DNA from: Selaginella moellendorffii
Lineage: Eukaryota > Plantae > Lycopodiophyta
Reading direction: 5' to 3'
Assembly (NCBI RefSeq): GCF_000143415.4
Contig: NW_003314325.1
Location: 553,419-617,418 of the forward strand
DNA length: 64,000 nt
In this document: positions 11,867 to 25,759 of the stretch, in pieces
How the letters are laid out: each line of letters starts with the position of its first letter
Numbering within the stretch: the stretch's first letter is position 1
The notes under the pieces: generated by a model
What the model was told of the DNA's origin: nothing
Databases searched by the model: none
The model's input: only the letters and a program-made list of their open reading frames with translations
Program-made: the position numbers and the translations under genes

Positions 11867-13029
11867 ACTCCACCACCCATAGACGAAGTTCGATGTCCTC
11901 ATCGAACGGTAAACCCTTTCATAAAGTAACACCCACACGTATTACCATTTCCATCCTTGGCACCTAGCCAATCTTTGTCTATGGTTTGACACCAAAGGCT
12001 CACCATGCCTTGTCCATCCTTTAAGGAGCGTAGTCTCTCCAACTTAGAGACTGATTGGACCACATGTAATGGTTCTCTCCTTTTATTGGTTTAGTTCTCG
12101 CTAAACCTCTTAGAGACCCTTCTCTAAGTCAATCCCACTACTCCTTCTCGAGTAGTCTCAATTTCCATCGATATAACCTCTGCACTTTGGAACTTTGAAT
12201 TTTGACTCCTTGGAGTCAATTTCCTAGGTGTCTCCGACACCTTGCCTTGCACCTTTTGTGCAACTCCACTTCCCATCCTAGGAAGTTCTCTACTCGAGGG
12301 CACCATCATCCTCTCTTCTATTTCGTGCCAAAGTTCCAGTTATCATACTTTGTGCTAGGGCTGTTCATGGCCCTATCATTTGGCTACCTTACCGCTCCCT
12401 CCCTTGGAGCTTCCACTTTCGCCAAATCGGAGCAATTCGGAATCCATCCTTGGAAACACACTTCCTTTCCCGCAATTTGTTAGCGTCCAACACATTAGTG
12501 TTCCTCGCCTAACTTTGTCACTTGGATTCCTTCCCAGGGATTCCACGGCCCTATCTTGGCCACTCATCTTTTGCTCCTATCCGTTGATTGTTGCACCGAG
12601 CAACATCGAATCTCTACCTCCCTCCTTGAGGTATTCTTTTGATTCCATAGCAAAGGCTCTGCTTTGCCAAGACTAGGGTGTTCACCCTTAGTAAGTCTCT
12701 TTTAGCATCTTCTGCTGTGGGCTCTATCCTCAGCCCAACTTTGTGACCCTCTCATGGGTCTCTTTAGAGACTACTTTCCTTGGACACACTATGCCATCGC
12801 GATGACATAGCTCATTTCCCTAAGGTGCTTTTCCCACTTGGTCACCTTGACCAAGCCACACCATCATCAATAGTTCAAATCAACACTTTGAACTAGGAAC
12901 CTTATTCCTTAACCCAAACAAGGACCTTGTCCTTATTTAGCCACAAGATCACCTAGTGATCTCACCTCGGCACCTTAACAAGTTTGCCAATAGGTACTAG
13001 GTCTTCCAGACCTTTAACTTGTTAACTAC

Positions 13030-13393
13030 GACCCCGAGGGCATCCCCCACACTTGGCGGTGCGCCCAAGCCAGCCCTTCCGGCCAAGGGTCCATAGCAAC
13101 TGAGATTAGGTGTCCCCATCTCACTCACCATGTCCTTGGTGCCACTTGCACCAAAGCGTTCAAGTTAGATATGCCGAGCTTTCACACTAAGCAATCTAAC
13201 CGTGCATCACGACTCCGAGGCATCCCTCGCTTGGCGGTGTGCCCAAACCAGTCTCCCCACTGAGAGTCCATGACCACCGAAATATGAGTGTCCTCATATT
13301 CCAAACCATCACCACGCCCTAGTGATTTGGGACTCGAACCCAAGCACTAGAGGGTCGGGACTCGAACCCAACCTCCGTATATGCATCTACGGA
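13030..13393 (-). ncRNA. Putative structured cis-acting RNA module (two junction copies plus T-loop hairpins) in element 3
   Basis: Homologous to 50228-50433 with compensatory base changes in several stems; see findings. Confidence 0.7.
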
Positions 13394-15901
13394 CGGCATC
13401 ACACAAGATGCCTGGCGTGACTCCCCACGCCGGTGCACCAACTTATTTTTAAAGCGCGCTACAGATCACAGCTTAGGAACCTAGTTCCTCCACACTGCCA
13501 AGTCCTCTCACTTGACATGTCTGTGATCATGCATGGACTCCTCCATGCTCGGCCCCATGGCCCACCCTTTTTGAAGTTATCACCTTCAACTAGGGTATTT
13601 GTTCCCCCGATGTGCCAATTTCGCTTGGCAAGTCCTCCGACCACTGTAACATGGTTCCTGCATAAGCGTGAAAGCCCTTGACTATCAACTTTCGTTCAAA
13701 GCCCTATCTTTGAACACTCGGGAACTACTTCCCTAACCTTGATAGCCTTGCCTCATGGCAAGCTTCAAGACCACGCTTCTGCTGCGCCACTCTGATTTCG
13801 CGCGTTCTATGAACCATTTACACTTGGCCTTTCTAGGTACTAAGCTACCTAGAATCGTCTTTGGGAACCTTGAAGGAACTCTGTCCCTCAACTTGCCAAG
13901 GCCTCCCTTTTTGCAAGCCTTCAAAATGCCACATAGTCTAACATGGACAATTCCATATTTTAGACTCTCCATGGCATTACGGTTGCTAGCGGCAACACCC
14001 TCGAGCCCCCACTTGATTCTCCACTCCCAGCTGGCATAACCAACCTTGGTTATGCCCTTTGATTCCTATGATTCGGTTCTATCCCCTTACTTTTTGCTTT
14101 TTGGCTTCACACCTTTCCTTTGGTCATTCTCCTCCAGACCAGGGGGATAGCTTTGCACTTTCTATCACGCTTTAGCAAGTATTCTTAGGGATGAACCTAC
14201 CCAATAGCCTATGGAGTGGTTCCTTAATCCGGGTATGCTCACCTTATAATCCCACACACTGGGATTACATTGTTGCTTATGGGCCTTTACATGGCCATCA
14301 CTAGCCTTGCCAAAATTCTATTTTTGGCTTTGTCCAACTCGGGTAGACAGTCCTCTCCTGTCTCCGCAACCTTGGACACTTGGATAGCACCTTCTATCCA
14401 TCATTCGCTAGGGACTTAGTCCCTTGGGCTTTATCCATTGCCCTCACGACATCAAACACCACCTTCTGGTGTTCTAGAGTATCCGGGTGTCCCAATGATG
14501 GCTTTCTTGACAATGAATATTTCCTTTTATGACATTGACTTACTATATCGCAACACAAGCAACTTATCCCTCGTAAGGGTATATCCAACTTCCTTATGCT
14601 ATTAAGAAGTCTTGGGTAGCTACCTTCTACCCGTTTAACCAGTTATTTTGCACCTCTTGCTTAGTTGCCTCATAGTTGTCAAGTCTTACAACTCATTGCT
14701 TGGTGCTTTCACACCCTCATCATTATCTGGGTCACCACACTCCAACTGCATGCTCTGCAGCTTAGGCTATGCCATTCCCATTTCCATTGGGATTCCTTTG
14801 GCAAGGGGTTCTCATGAACCCACCAACATAGCCTCAAGGTATCACACCTTGGCACATATGGTGTCTCCACACCATCGGCTCCACGAGCCTACCTCTATGA
14901 CATTTCCCCTTCGTGTCTAAGTCTTTGCCAAGACCAACACCGCTGTTTCTCATGCCAACCATCCGTTAGCACTGCCCTATAGAGGTCACACACAACTTTA
15001 TGTCAAAGTTGTTTTCTTCTGGGAACACCTTTCCCATAACTTTAGCATGGCATATTTTGCCATCGATGAGATACCCTCTGTTCTCATCCTTGGATCATAT
15101 GATCCCCCCCCATCCTTTATGGGGTACAACACACCTCAGTCCAAATGCTTCCATCAGTCCTTTTAGGACCATCCGTTGACTCTACTTGAGTCATCCAGCA
15201 GTTTTGGACTTGGTTAATCCACAGACCCGTAAGGTCCTACTTGTGAGGCACTAGCTCACTGGAATACACTTCTTGCATTCCTGTCCTATTCAAAAGGACT
15301 ATTTTCACAAGTGTTACTCCGACACTTGATTTTGTTCTCTGGGGCAACCTTTGCCCCTTAGGACTACTTGTCCATATGATGAGAACACCAACTCATCCAC
15401 TTAATACACCCCCAACTCCTGGGGTTGTTCCAGCATTTATTAGAGGTAGCCCCGGCTACCATTTCAAGGACTTAAGTCCTCTTCCGTATTTGACCTTCCA
15501 CGGTCATTACCTTTGGTCTCACATTCATGAGCACTAACCTCAACTATATGAGGATAATCTTGTGACTCCTTTATTGTTTTGGAGTCTCTATCTTTCCCGT
15601 GATCCCAACTTTAGTTGTTTACCACAACAACCTTAGCCAATTTGCTGAGACAAATGCTCATCCGGATCACATCCTCAACTCAATGAGGAAAACCTTGCAC
15701 TGTTCCCAAGATCCCAAAGTCATTCCATTATTGGCCCTTTTCTATCCACCACCTCGTCTACAAGTTCACACATGAACTGTAATGGAGAGCCATGTCTTCC
15801 CGACTTGCTACTCCTCAAGGATAGGCCCACTCCTCGGACCTTCCGATGCCAACACTAGTGGTGATATACTTGAGCACCAATAACAGTCGGACTAAGGAAC
15901 A

Positions 15902-15913
15902 GCTCCGATACCA
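15902..15913 (-). promoter_or_regulatory. PBS, initiator tRNA-Met (element 3)
   Basis: Minus strand reads TGGTATCGGAGC, 3 nt inside the LTR boundary. Confidence 0.9.
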
Positions 15914-15916
15914 AAT

Positions 15917-17757
15917 TGTAAGTGACTGAATTTTCCATTCTACTTTAGTCACTTAACCACACCTCTGACCACTTGGAGGAGTCTCATTCACAACCTCCAT
16001 AAGTCCAATCCAGGACTTGGGACTTGCTAGCCCCAAGAATGGCATCCATGCCACTCAACATTTGCCCTTGGTCCAAGTGCTCCACGTGTCCGATCCCATG
16101 ACCGACACTCAAAGGTACCACCGACATAGCAGCCCATTACGCTAAGGCCATGCCCAATCACCTTTGCCACACTGGTAGTCCAATACCACTTGCATCATAG
16201 TCTTGGCTCTCCAAGTCTGGGCCATCTGTCCATGAGTGGTCATCCTAGATCCACTCCTTAGCATCCTTAGGATGCCCATAGACCGGGGGAATCGCCTTCC
16301 CCAAAGTCCCTTTGTCAGTTCCTACCAAGTCCCTTTCTGCCCCTGGCCGTGTTTGCCAACACTGCCACTGGATCGAGGCCCACAGGCCTGACCACTAAGT
16401 CCCACGGTCCTCTGGGACTTCCTCACCACACAACTGTGTCCTTGGTCACTACCCCAGAGGACTGCTCCTCTTCCCTTCCACAGTCTAGGCCTTTGGGACA
16501 ACATTTCGGAACACCGTGGCCTTACGCGAGCCACCTGGGTACTCTCCCCGCCTTTCGCCTTTAGGTGCTCTAGCCATGGGCTTAGAGCGAGGTTCCGTTG
16601 AGCCACGCCTGGTATCCAAGTAGGTAGTGCCACCCACAATTGGACTGGGAGCATCGGCCAGTCGATCTCCCGGGGGAACTAGAGCCGGCTCTTGAACACT
16701 TCACCAAGCTACCCTGCTTGTCGGTTCGTATTCACTCTAGTCTTGGACTTCCCAGTGGTCAGTTCCTCACCCAACACTGGGTCTAGCATTCCTGGGCCAA
16801 ACTGGCCTTTCCTGGCCAAACTGGCTCCACTGCAGTCCTCCCCCTTACTATACTTTTGGAGCTCACCAAACCCCCCAGGGTCTGGGAGACGAACGCTTTG
16901 GGCTTTCACCCTCTCAGGCTCCGGACTCGGACTCGGACTCGGACTCGGACTCGGACTCGGACTCGGACTCGGATTCGGACTCGGACTCGGGCTCGGGCTC
17001 GGTCTCGGCCTCAGCCTCGGTCTCGGTCTCGGTCCCGATCTCGGTCTCGGTCTTGGTCTTGGTCTCGGTCCCGGTCTCGGTCTCGACTTCGGACTCCATC
17101 TCGGACTCCATCTCGGACTCCATCTCGGACTCCATCTCGGACTCCATCTCGGACTCCATCTCGGGTCCATCTCGGGTCCATCTCAGACTCCATCTCGGAC
17201 TCCATCTCGGGTCCATCTCGGACTCCATCTCGGACTCCATTTCGGGTCCATCTCGGGTCCACCTCGGACTCCATCTCGGACTCCATCTCGGACTCCATCT
17301 CTGGTCCATCTCGGACTCCACCTCGGACTCCAACTCGGGTCCATCTCGGGTCCACCTCGGACTCCACTTCGAACTCCATCTCGGGTCCATCTCGGGTCCA
17401 CCTCGGACTCCACTTCGGACTCCATCTCGGACTCCATCTCGGGTCCATCTCGGACTCCACTTCGGACTCCAACTCGGGTCCATCTCGGACTCCACTTCGG
17501 ACTCCAACTCGAGTCCATCTCGGACACTCCCATGTGTCATGTGTTGGTCCTTTTGGGTCCCTTTTTGGAGCCTCGCTTTTTACTCGCTTCGTGCTTGTTC
17601 CTCGAGCCCTTCTTTGGGAGTTCCACTCCCGCTCTTGACTTTTCAAGTCGGAGCTTTTGGTCCAAACGTGTTACGCTCGTTTGGCTCTCGCTTCAGCCAC
17701 TACCACGTGGCACCCTTTCCGGCTCCACTTTGGGGCCTAGGGATTTTGTGTCTCACA
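15917..17757 (-). repeat. 5' LTR of element 3 (1841 bp)
   Basis: Direct repeat of 10068-11866; the extra length comes from the tandem array at about 16919-17530. Confidence 0.95.
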
Positions 17758-17762
17758 GCGGA

Positions 17763-20420
17763 GTCCTTGGGCATGTGAACCTCATCTTGTGACGAAGCTT
17801 GATGAGAGTATTCGTTTCTGCATCGACTATCGTCCGTTAAACGAAGTGACGATCCCAAATGTGTACCCTCTTCCTCACACTGCTGATCTCTTGGATCGTC
17901 TGGGGTGAAGTTGTTGGTTCACAAAGCTAGATCTTGCTTTTGGGTACTGACAAGTATCGATGGCCAAAGAAGATATTCCTAAGATTACTTTTCGTACACC
18001 ATTTGGTTTGTACGAGTTCTTGGTGATGCCGTTTGGTTTAAACAATGCTTCAGCAACTTTCTAGCGGATGATGGACGAGGTTCTTTGCGATATGCTGGAG
18101 GTGACTGCTGACTTCATTGATGATGTCTTGATTCAATCGGAGGGGACGTGGGAGGAGCACGTTTGTGATGTTTGTAAAGTGTTGGATAGGCTACGCGACG
18201 TTGGTTTAAAGCTAAAGCAGTCGAAGTGCGTGTTTGGGTCCAAGGATACAACTTGTCTTGGGTACCGTATTTCTCGTGAGGGTTTGCAAGTTGATCCTGA
18301 CAAACTTGTGGCTATTCTAAAGTTCCCTACTCCGAAGTGTGTGAATGATGTGCAGCGCTTCTTGGGCAAGGTGCAGTATCTCGGTCGTTTTGTGGATCAT
18401 CTTTCTGACCGCACTGCACCATTGCGAGCGTTGCTGAAGTCATCAACATCATCTTTCATCTGGTTTCTGGATTGTGAGCGGGCGTTCGGGGATCTCAAAG
18501 AGCTGTTGACGACTCCTCTGGTTTTGGCATATCTTGACTACACTCAACCTTTTATTTTTCGCATGGATGCTTCTGACATTGGTCTTGGAGGTGTGTTGAT
18601 GCAAGAGAGCTCGAGTGTGCTTGGTCAATGCCATCCCATTGCGTATATAAGTCGTACGTTACAACCAGCGGAAATGAACTACTTTACGACAGAGAAGGAG
18701 TGTTTAGCAGCAGTTTGGGGTTTCGAGAAACTTCATGCATATCTACATGGTTCTCGGACGTTACTTGAAGGTGATCATGCTGCTGTTACTTCATTATTGA
18801 AGCGGAAGAACTTGGTGGGTCGTACTACTCGTTGGGCTTTGAAGCTTCAGATATATAATTTTGATGTTGTTCATTGCCCAGGGAGTTCTATGGTTGATGC
18901 TGATGCCCTTTCTCGAGCTCCTCTTCCTTCTCCATTCTCTTCTCATGTTTCTAACGAGCCTGTTGTTCTAGCCTCTGTGGATTTTCTAGACAAGGATTCT
19001 GTGCCGTCGGCGGTTGTTGTACTTGACGTTCAATGTTCACAAGGCGCAGAGCAAGATCTACCTTCTCTTGATGAGGTTCGCGAGACTCAACAAATTGGGC
19101 CGTGGATTCGAAGGCTTTGAGATGGGTTTGAGAATCCTGCATCACTTGCTGATGACTTGCCTTTCTGGCATTTCCATTCTCAATATCGCCTTGAAGATGG
19201 CCTTTTTTATTTTGTAGGGACGGATCCTGATGATCATTTACGATTGGTGGTGCCTTCTATCTTTATTCCACGGTTTCTCCATGCCTACCATGATTCTCCT
19301 ATTCTAGGTGGGCATATGGGACATCGTCATGTAACCAAGAAGCTGCGCAGGTCTTTCTATTGGCCGGAGATGCGACGTGATATTATCCGGTATGTGCGTA
19401 GCTGTGTTTGGTGCCAAGCTTGTAATACTCCCCCTCGGGCTGTGGAAAGACAGTTGGAGTCAATTTCAATTTCCCGTCCATTTAAGTTGGTGGCATTTGA
19501 TCTTATGGGACCTTTTCCACGGTCAACTACTGGCAATGAGTATGTTATTGTTGCTTCTGACTACTTGACTCATTAGGTGGAAGTTGGTGCTCTCGCTAGC
19601 ACCTTTGCAACTGCTGTTGGATACTTCCTCCTCAACTGTGTGGTGTTCCAACATTCTTGTCTAGAGTGGATTCTTTCGGATAATGGTCCCGCATTTATGG
19701 CTGAGGCATTTCATGTTTTGATGTCTCGGTTGGGGATACGCCACACGTTCACGAGTGCTTATCATCCACAATTAGACGGTCTGGTGGAACGGCTCGTTCG
19801 GACATTCAAGGGGATAATTGCGAAGTATGTGAACTTTTAGCATTCAGATTGGGATAGTTATTTGCCATCTCTTCGGTATACATATGTCACAAGGGTGCAG
19901 AGTTCTGTTGGTGCTTCACCATATAAACTCCTATATGGTCATGATCCAATATTACCAATGGAGCTGGGTTTACCTTTGTGATTGCCACGAGTTGCTGATG
20001 CTAGGTCATGGAATCAGTATTTGATGAGCATCCTTCCCTTTGTCCGAGTAGAGTCTGCCGAACACTTAGGCCATGTACAAGTGGGACAACAACGATGGTA
20101 CAACTCCCATCATCGTCCACCTGTGGAGTACAAAGTGGATGATTTGGTGTTAGTCCGTTTTCCCCATCTTACGGTACGTGGTTTATCTAAGGGGCTCCTT
20201 GCGGAGTGGAAAAAACCGTATCGGGTGTTGTGGCAAGTTGGACCACAAGTTTATGAGGTTCGGCATGACGTCCAGTAGGCCGATCCTCCAGAGATTGTGC
20301 ATGTGCAGTGGTTGAAATGTTTTATATAAAGGGACCAGGAGCAGTTAATACCACTTACAAATCCGCCGATGCCTCCTCTTGACGTTCCTTCAGATCCCGG
20401 CCCATTTACAAGCCTTGATG
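17763..20420 (+). pseudogene. Element 2 RT-RH-IN, disrupted
   Basis: Resumes exactly where 10067 stopped; aligns with 5014-7674; multiple stops. Confidence 0.92.
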
Positions 20421-21303
20421 ATCTTCCATTATTCCGAGAGAAGGGGATGATGTGAGGGCCAAGTGTACAGTTACAATGCCGTATACTAATATTAGCGTAG
20501 TGGGATTTTGGTAGCCATCGGATTGGTTTCAATTTGGACCACTCGCTCCTATATATAAGGTAGGATTTTTGGGCTAATTGATATGCATATTTTCTGTATT
20601 CTCTTTCCATATTCCAAGCACTTACAAGACTAGATAATTTCATTAAAGGATTATTTATCCTAAATTCTATAAATTTTTTTAAAAAATTAATCCTATTTGT
20701 CCTTTTCATTCTTATAATTTGATGATAAATCCTTGTGCTTAACAAAAATCTTCTCTGAATTATTGCAACTACTTTGTTGAAAAATGTCATTCCTGATAAT
20801 CTATATTTTTAGATTTGAGTTTGATTATTTATTATTCCAAAAATAGTCACATTTATAGCTAACATTAAAAATCAATTTTAAAAACTGATTAAATAATATT
20901 CTATAATCTAGAAAAGTCAATTTTTAAATATAAAATAATTTAAAATGGTTAATAAAGCTAATGTTAAATATTTAGAACTATTGTTAAACTTGCACAAGAC
21001 AATCCACAAAACCTGGTTGTCAATGCGCGGAATTTGGGGCTGCTGGAGCGGCAAATCCTCATGGACAATCTCATCTAGGTCAAAATATAGCTTTTCATGT
21101 GCAAAATATCATATACCACGTGGCATTTATAGTTTGGTTCTCATAACCTTTATAAAGAGCCTGTAATGAGACCGAGTTTAGGCGGTTTTGGATCGTTTAT
21201 GAAAATTACCGTGTATAACAAAGTGAATCATGCAAAGCGACTTGCAGTGTTGTGAACTAACACGTCAGGTACTACACGCCTACGTGGCAAAAACACGTGG
21301 CAG

Positions 21304-24300
21304 TTATGGAAGTGCAAGCTCCGAGATGAGCTCTTTGAAACCTTCCTCCTCGCGAATGAATTCCACCCAGCGAGCGTTGATCCGGACTCTCTCCACGCAC
21401 TGGCTCACTGTTCGCTCGATCGCCAGCATCCCATGCTGGCGGAAAAACTCTTCAATCTCGTCGGCCTTTTCCTGGCTCGAAAACTGGGCAAAGAAAGAAG
21501 AACGAGAATTTTCACAACCAAGTTCGAGGTCACTGAGATTACCGAAGTTGTAGTGGTGACGAAGCGACTGATAAGAAATCCGCTGTCACCCCATCGACTG
21601 CGGAGAAGGCTCCAGTTTTCCTGCTTACACGGTTATGGTCTAGCAAAGCATGTAGTGTTTGTACCTTTAGCCAAGACCAGGCAGTCTCGCGGCCTTCCCT
21701 GCGAACTCCACCGAGTACGAAAAACGCATCCTGGTTACGAACCTGCGCGCAAAAATGCGAGTTTGCTTGCAAAGCGAACAATGAAAACTGGTATCCAGCT
21801 TACTTCGTCCGTAAGTATCAAGTTCAATGCTTCCCGAACGACTTCAGTATCACTTGACGCCGCAAGGCATGCTGCAACGGGAGATGTTAGTAAAACCGGA
21901 GTCGTGCCAGAGAACAACAGTACATAGAATCCGTGTTCGTTCCTGGCCCAGGTCTGTTTCCCTGTAGATCTGGAGCAATGCATCATATCCAGATTTGTCG
22001 GCAGCGGTTACGCTTCGCATTACAGCCGAGTATGCAGCCTGCAACGCAACAGAGGATTAAAAAACGCCAGTAAAAGTCGGCAACACTTACCTTTCTTATG
22101 TCTGCAGGTAGCCTCGAAGTATTTCTATCCTTCAAAAACTCGTAAAAACGCTCTTTGGCTTCGATGACGGTTGGTTCATGGCCAAAAAGCACAAGAGCCA
22201 ACATAAGATCCCCTCGGAGCATAGAGACGAGGTCACTTTCTCCGGGAACAGCGTCCCATCCAACGTTTCTGAGCAAAACAAGCACAGGTATAAAATATTA
22301 TTTTTGAAAGCGGCTCGTTACTTGGCTGGAGCGAGAAGCAGTCTTGAGAGGAAGCCTTTTGTATCTTCAGCAACAGCAGGAATAGCGTCGGCCAAAATCC
22401 ATGATACACCTCTCGACACCTGTGACGATTATTTTCAGTTCCGGACAACAAACAACGATCCCTTACTGTAATAAGGTGGCCCAGGACAGCTGGATCAGCC
22501 TCAGCGCTGTAAGCTTCCATCAAAGACAGTAAAACTCGCATTGGTTCTCGACAAGCTTTACACAAAGCGTAAATATCATCCAGAACACCTGAAAGAAAGA
22601 ATTTCAGCACACAATCCGAAGCAATAAGTAAAATTTACCAAATCTATCGTCAGGCTGGAGATATCCTCCAGATATTGCAGACCGAAGACTCGCAGCTAGA
22701 TGATCGTCATACTGGACTCTGTAGAAGCCTGTTTGGCCGACGTTGAGTTTTATCCACTTCCCTTTGGATTTTGTGTCCACTTCATGAGATATCGGGATTC
22801 GAGCGGATGTGCCTCGGACCAACGAAGTTTTGTACGAATCATATGAGTTGCAACACAAGGTGAGGGGTATGACCCACTCACCAAAGCCTGGTTGTCCGGT
22901 TGATAGAAACTGGGACTGCGCACGAAAAAGATTAATATTGGAAAGGGAGAGCTGACTTTACCTGATGAAGCTCAAGAGCATCGCCAACTAGCTTGACAGC
23001 CAAAACAGGGTAACCCTTCTGTTTTGTCCAGGAATTCATCAGCTCTTTAACCGGTTGTCCTGACTCTGATGAAAGAGAATCCCACAAATCCTCTGTTGCA
23101 GCATTCCTATAAGCAAACTTTTTGATATACGATGCAAGCCCTTTCTGAAAGAAAAATTCAGTATTTTAAGCAATCCGGTAAACCACTCTACCTGAAAAGT
23201 CTTAGCACAAAGGTAAGTTTGCAGCATACGAATGATAGATGCACCCTTTTTGTAGCTGATAGCGTCAAAAATCTCGTCGATCTCACGAACGTGACCAACT
23301 TCAACCTCAATTGGATGGGATTCAACAAGGCCGTCCAGTCTATAAGCGTCAACAGTCAGCTCGTTGAATTGAGTCCAGACTTTCCATTCCGGAAATAAGT
23401 AGTCTGCTGCCAAGTAACTAACCTGCAAAACATTTTCCATTCTAGAAGTTAAACTTATTCTCTAAGCAACCAGCTTACCCAGGTTGCAAAACCTTCATTT
23501 AGCCAAAGATGCGTCCACCATTCCATTGTAACAAGATTTCCAAACCACTGATGAGCAAGCTCGTGAGTGACAACAACAGCAACCTGAAAATGCACAACAC
23601 TCGGTAAAGACACCAAACAATGAACTAGAATGTAATACTCGTTGCTTGTTCGCGGCAGCCGAATGCTTCTCATCAAAGAGAAGAGCAGTCTCACGGTAAG
23701 TAACAAGGCCATAGTTTTCCATTGCTCCAGCTGCGAAGTCAGGAATAGCCACCATATCCATTTTAGGAAGGGGATACGGAGTCTCGAAGTATCTGAAGTA
23801 AAATCAAGATTTAGGAACATATACAATTTGTTTTGAACGTACTCCGTATAAAAAGGAAGTGTTTCCACAGCCACACCGAGCGCAAATTTCCCTAGTTCAG
23901 CTTTTCCTGGCAAAGTATAAACACGAACACTCGTGCCTGGAAGACCAAGTTAAATGCATGCTAACAACATACGAAAGGGCATACCATCTCTAGTAGTCCC
24001 TTCTAGATAGCTCAGCTCTCCAACGACAACAGCTACCAAGTACGTAGACATAATTGGAGTTACTTGAAACTCTACAACTTTAGAATCCCCCGACATTTTC
24101 TCGTTTTCCACGGGCATGTTTGACAACACCACGCGATCTGCCGGAGCTTCAATAACAATCTTGAAAGTAGCCTATGAAACAAAGACGAAAACTAAAAAAC
24201 ATAAGCACCAGAGCTGAAAAAAAATTCTACCTTGAAAGACGGCTCGTCCCAGGACGGGAAACACCTACGAGCATCAGCAGGCTCGAACTGTGTCACAGCC

Positions 24301-25004
24301 ATGTTTCTCTTCTCGTCACCAACACTGTACGAGCTGCGATAGAAACCTTTCATCTGATCGTTCAAGGTTCCTTCGAAGCTCATGGACAACGTTCCCTGTC
24401 CAACGGGTAAGGCTTCCTTGAATTTCATCACCAGGATCTCATGGTCGGTTACTAGATCAAGCGTTGCCGGTTTCAACACCTGAAAGGCAACGAGAAACCC
24501 AGTCAAAACCACGAACAAAATCGAAAAGAAAGAACCAAGGAACCAAACGATAATCATACACATCGTCGAGGTTTCAAGGTCCAAGCGATCGAAAACAAGA
24601 AGCCAGGCCAGAAGTTTATTCTTGTAAGAAATACAAGGCACAAGACAAGCCACCAGAGCTGGACGGGGGTTTAACCACCATCACAATCCTCATAGTACCT
24701 GACTGGAACCAGTTGGCCGGAACGAGACCGATCCATCGCGAACCTTCAAATCGGCAGCATTGATGATGATCTCGTCCACACCCTCCACAACTTCCACATC
24801 CACCGAGAGATCCCCATCAAAGACGCACGCCTGGAGGTCGGGCTTGAGGCGGAGATTGTAGTGACGAGGAAGAACACTCGTTGGGAGCCTGGGAGACCCC
24901 TTGACAGCACCACCACTTTCGTCGTTATCCCTCATTCTAGCGAAGAAGATCGCGGTTGCGAGCACCAGAGCAGCAAACGCAGCGGCAGCGAATCTAAATG
25001 CCAT
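21304..25004 (-). CDS. APM1: M1 family puromycin-sensitive aminopeptidase, multi-exon
   Basis: [53 protein letters not shown]...[30 protein letters not shown], stop at 21304-21306. Many ~50-nt GT-AG introns. Alternative start at 24935. Confidence 0.93.
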
Positions 25005-25384
25005 GCATACACACACTATTAGCAAGAAATCTCGAAAGTAATCGAAGGCACAGGAAGCAAAAGAACCTCAAAAGCCGCGGCGGCGTGACAAAATCGAGAT
25101 TTCCCGATCAGTGAACCAGCCTCACCGCGAAATGCAAGAACTTGACGCACAGGCAGGTACAGATAATGAAGAACATCGAGTAGAAGAGACGAAGAGACAT
25201 CGCTCGCGAGAAAGATTTCCGGAATTTCACCCAGAGACCACAAGGAAACGGCAGAGACGACGAAGAGCAAGAATCCTAGCTTACACGGCAACGGGCAAGC
25301 TCCGCACGGATCAATCCAAGCGCACAAGCCAAGACCTAGGAGAAAACCCGCAAGAACCCTAAATCCTTCGTTAGCTGTTACCCG

Positions 25385-25438
25385 TTTATATATACGCCGG
25401 CCGGTGACACGTGGAGGGCATCCACTGCTACACGTGGC
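25385..25438. promoter_or_regulatory. TATA box (minus strand) and two G-box/ABRE motifs in the divergent APM1/CNMT-like promoter
   Basis: TATATATAAA on minus strand at 25385-25394. CACGTG at 25408-25413 and 25431-25436, the second as ACGTGGC. Confidence 0.55.
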
Positions 25439-25759
25439 AGGGCCTCGTTTGTGGATAAACTCCATGGTTGTTCGAAATGCTGCCACTGGTACCTGGGAAT
25501 AGAAAGCGCGCATTTAAAGTTATCGGTTTGAGATTCCCGCGCTAACTCAAAGCTTTAGATAGAGAGAGGCAATAGATAGGGTTGAGAAAATTCTTCCATA
25601 AATCCCGAAGAACCGGGAGCGATCGATCGATCTACTGCTGCAACTGGCAGGTAAGAAAATCTCGGCAAAGATCGGTACGTTTATTAAATTCTATACCCTT
25701 TGTTTGGTAGCTGCTTGCCTTGCCGGTTTGCTTGCTCCAATCGATTGAGTAGCGCGGCT

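Larger units (their letters stand above)
10068..17757 (-). mobile_element. Non-autonomous (LARD-like) chromovirus-derived LTR element (element 3) nested in the RT of element 2
   Basis: LTRs 10068-11866 and 15917-17757, 5-bp TSD GCGGA (10063-10067 and 17758-17762), iMet PBS on minus strand at 15902-15913, PPT-like 11867-11880. The 4-kb interior has no long ORF. Confidence 0.95.
7945..20626 (+). mobile_element. Older degenerate copy of the element 1 family (element 2), interrupted by nested element 3
   Basis: LTRs 7945-8108 and 20451-20626, 4-bp TSD AGAC (7941-7944 and 20627-20630). Colinear with element 1 but with many C>T/G>A stops. Confidence 0.96.

Noticed and set aside
10843-11967. Long GLGL/SDSD/RDRD/MESE ORFs in several frames (also 16692-17792, 49799-50113, 56187-56501)
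   Set aside because: Stop-free by-products of 6- and 12-mer tandem arrays in LTRs; open on both strands with no domain signal.
13030-13393. Cassandra-type 5S rRNA, true tRNA gene or hammerhead ribozyme
   Set aside because: Only a 9-nt match to 5S, no acceptor or D arms, and I saw no CUGANGA...GAAA core.
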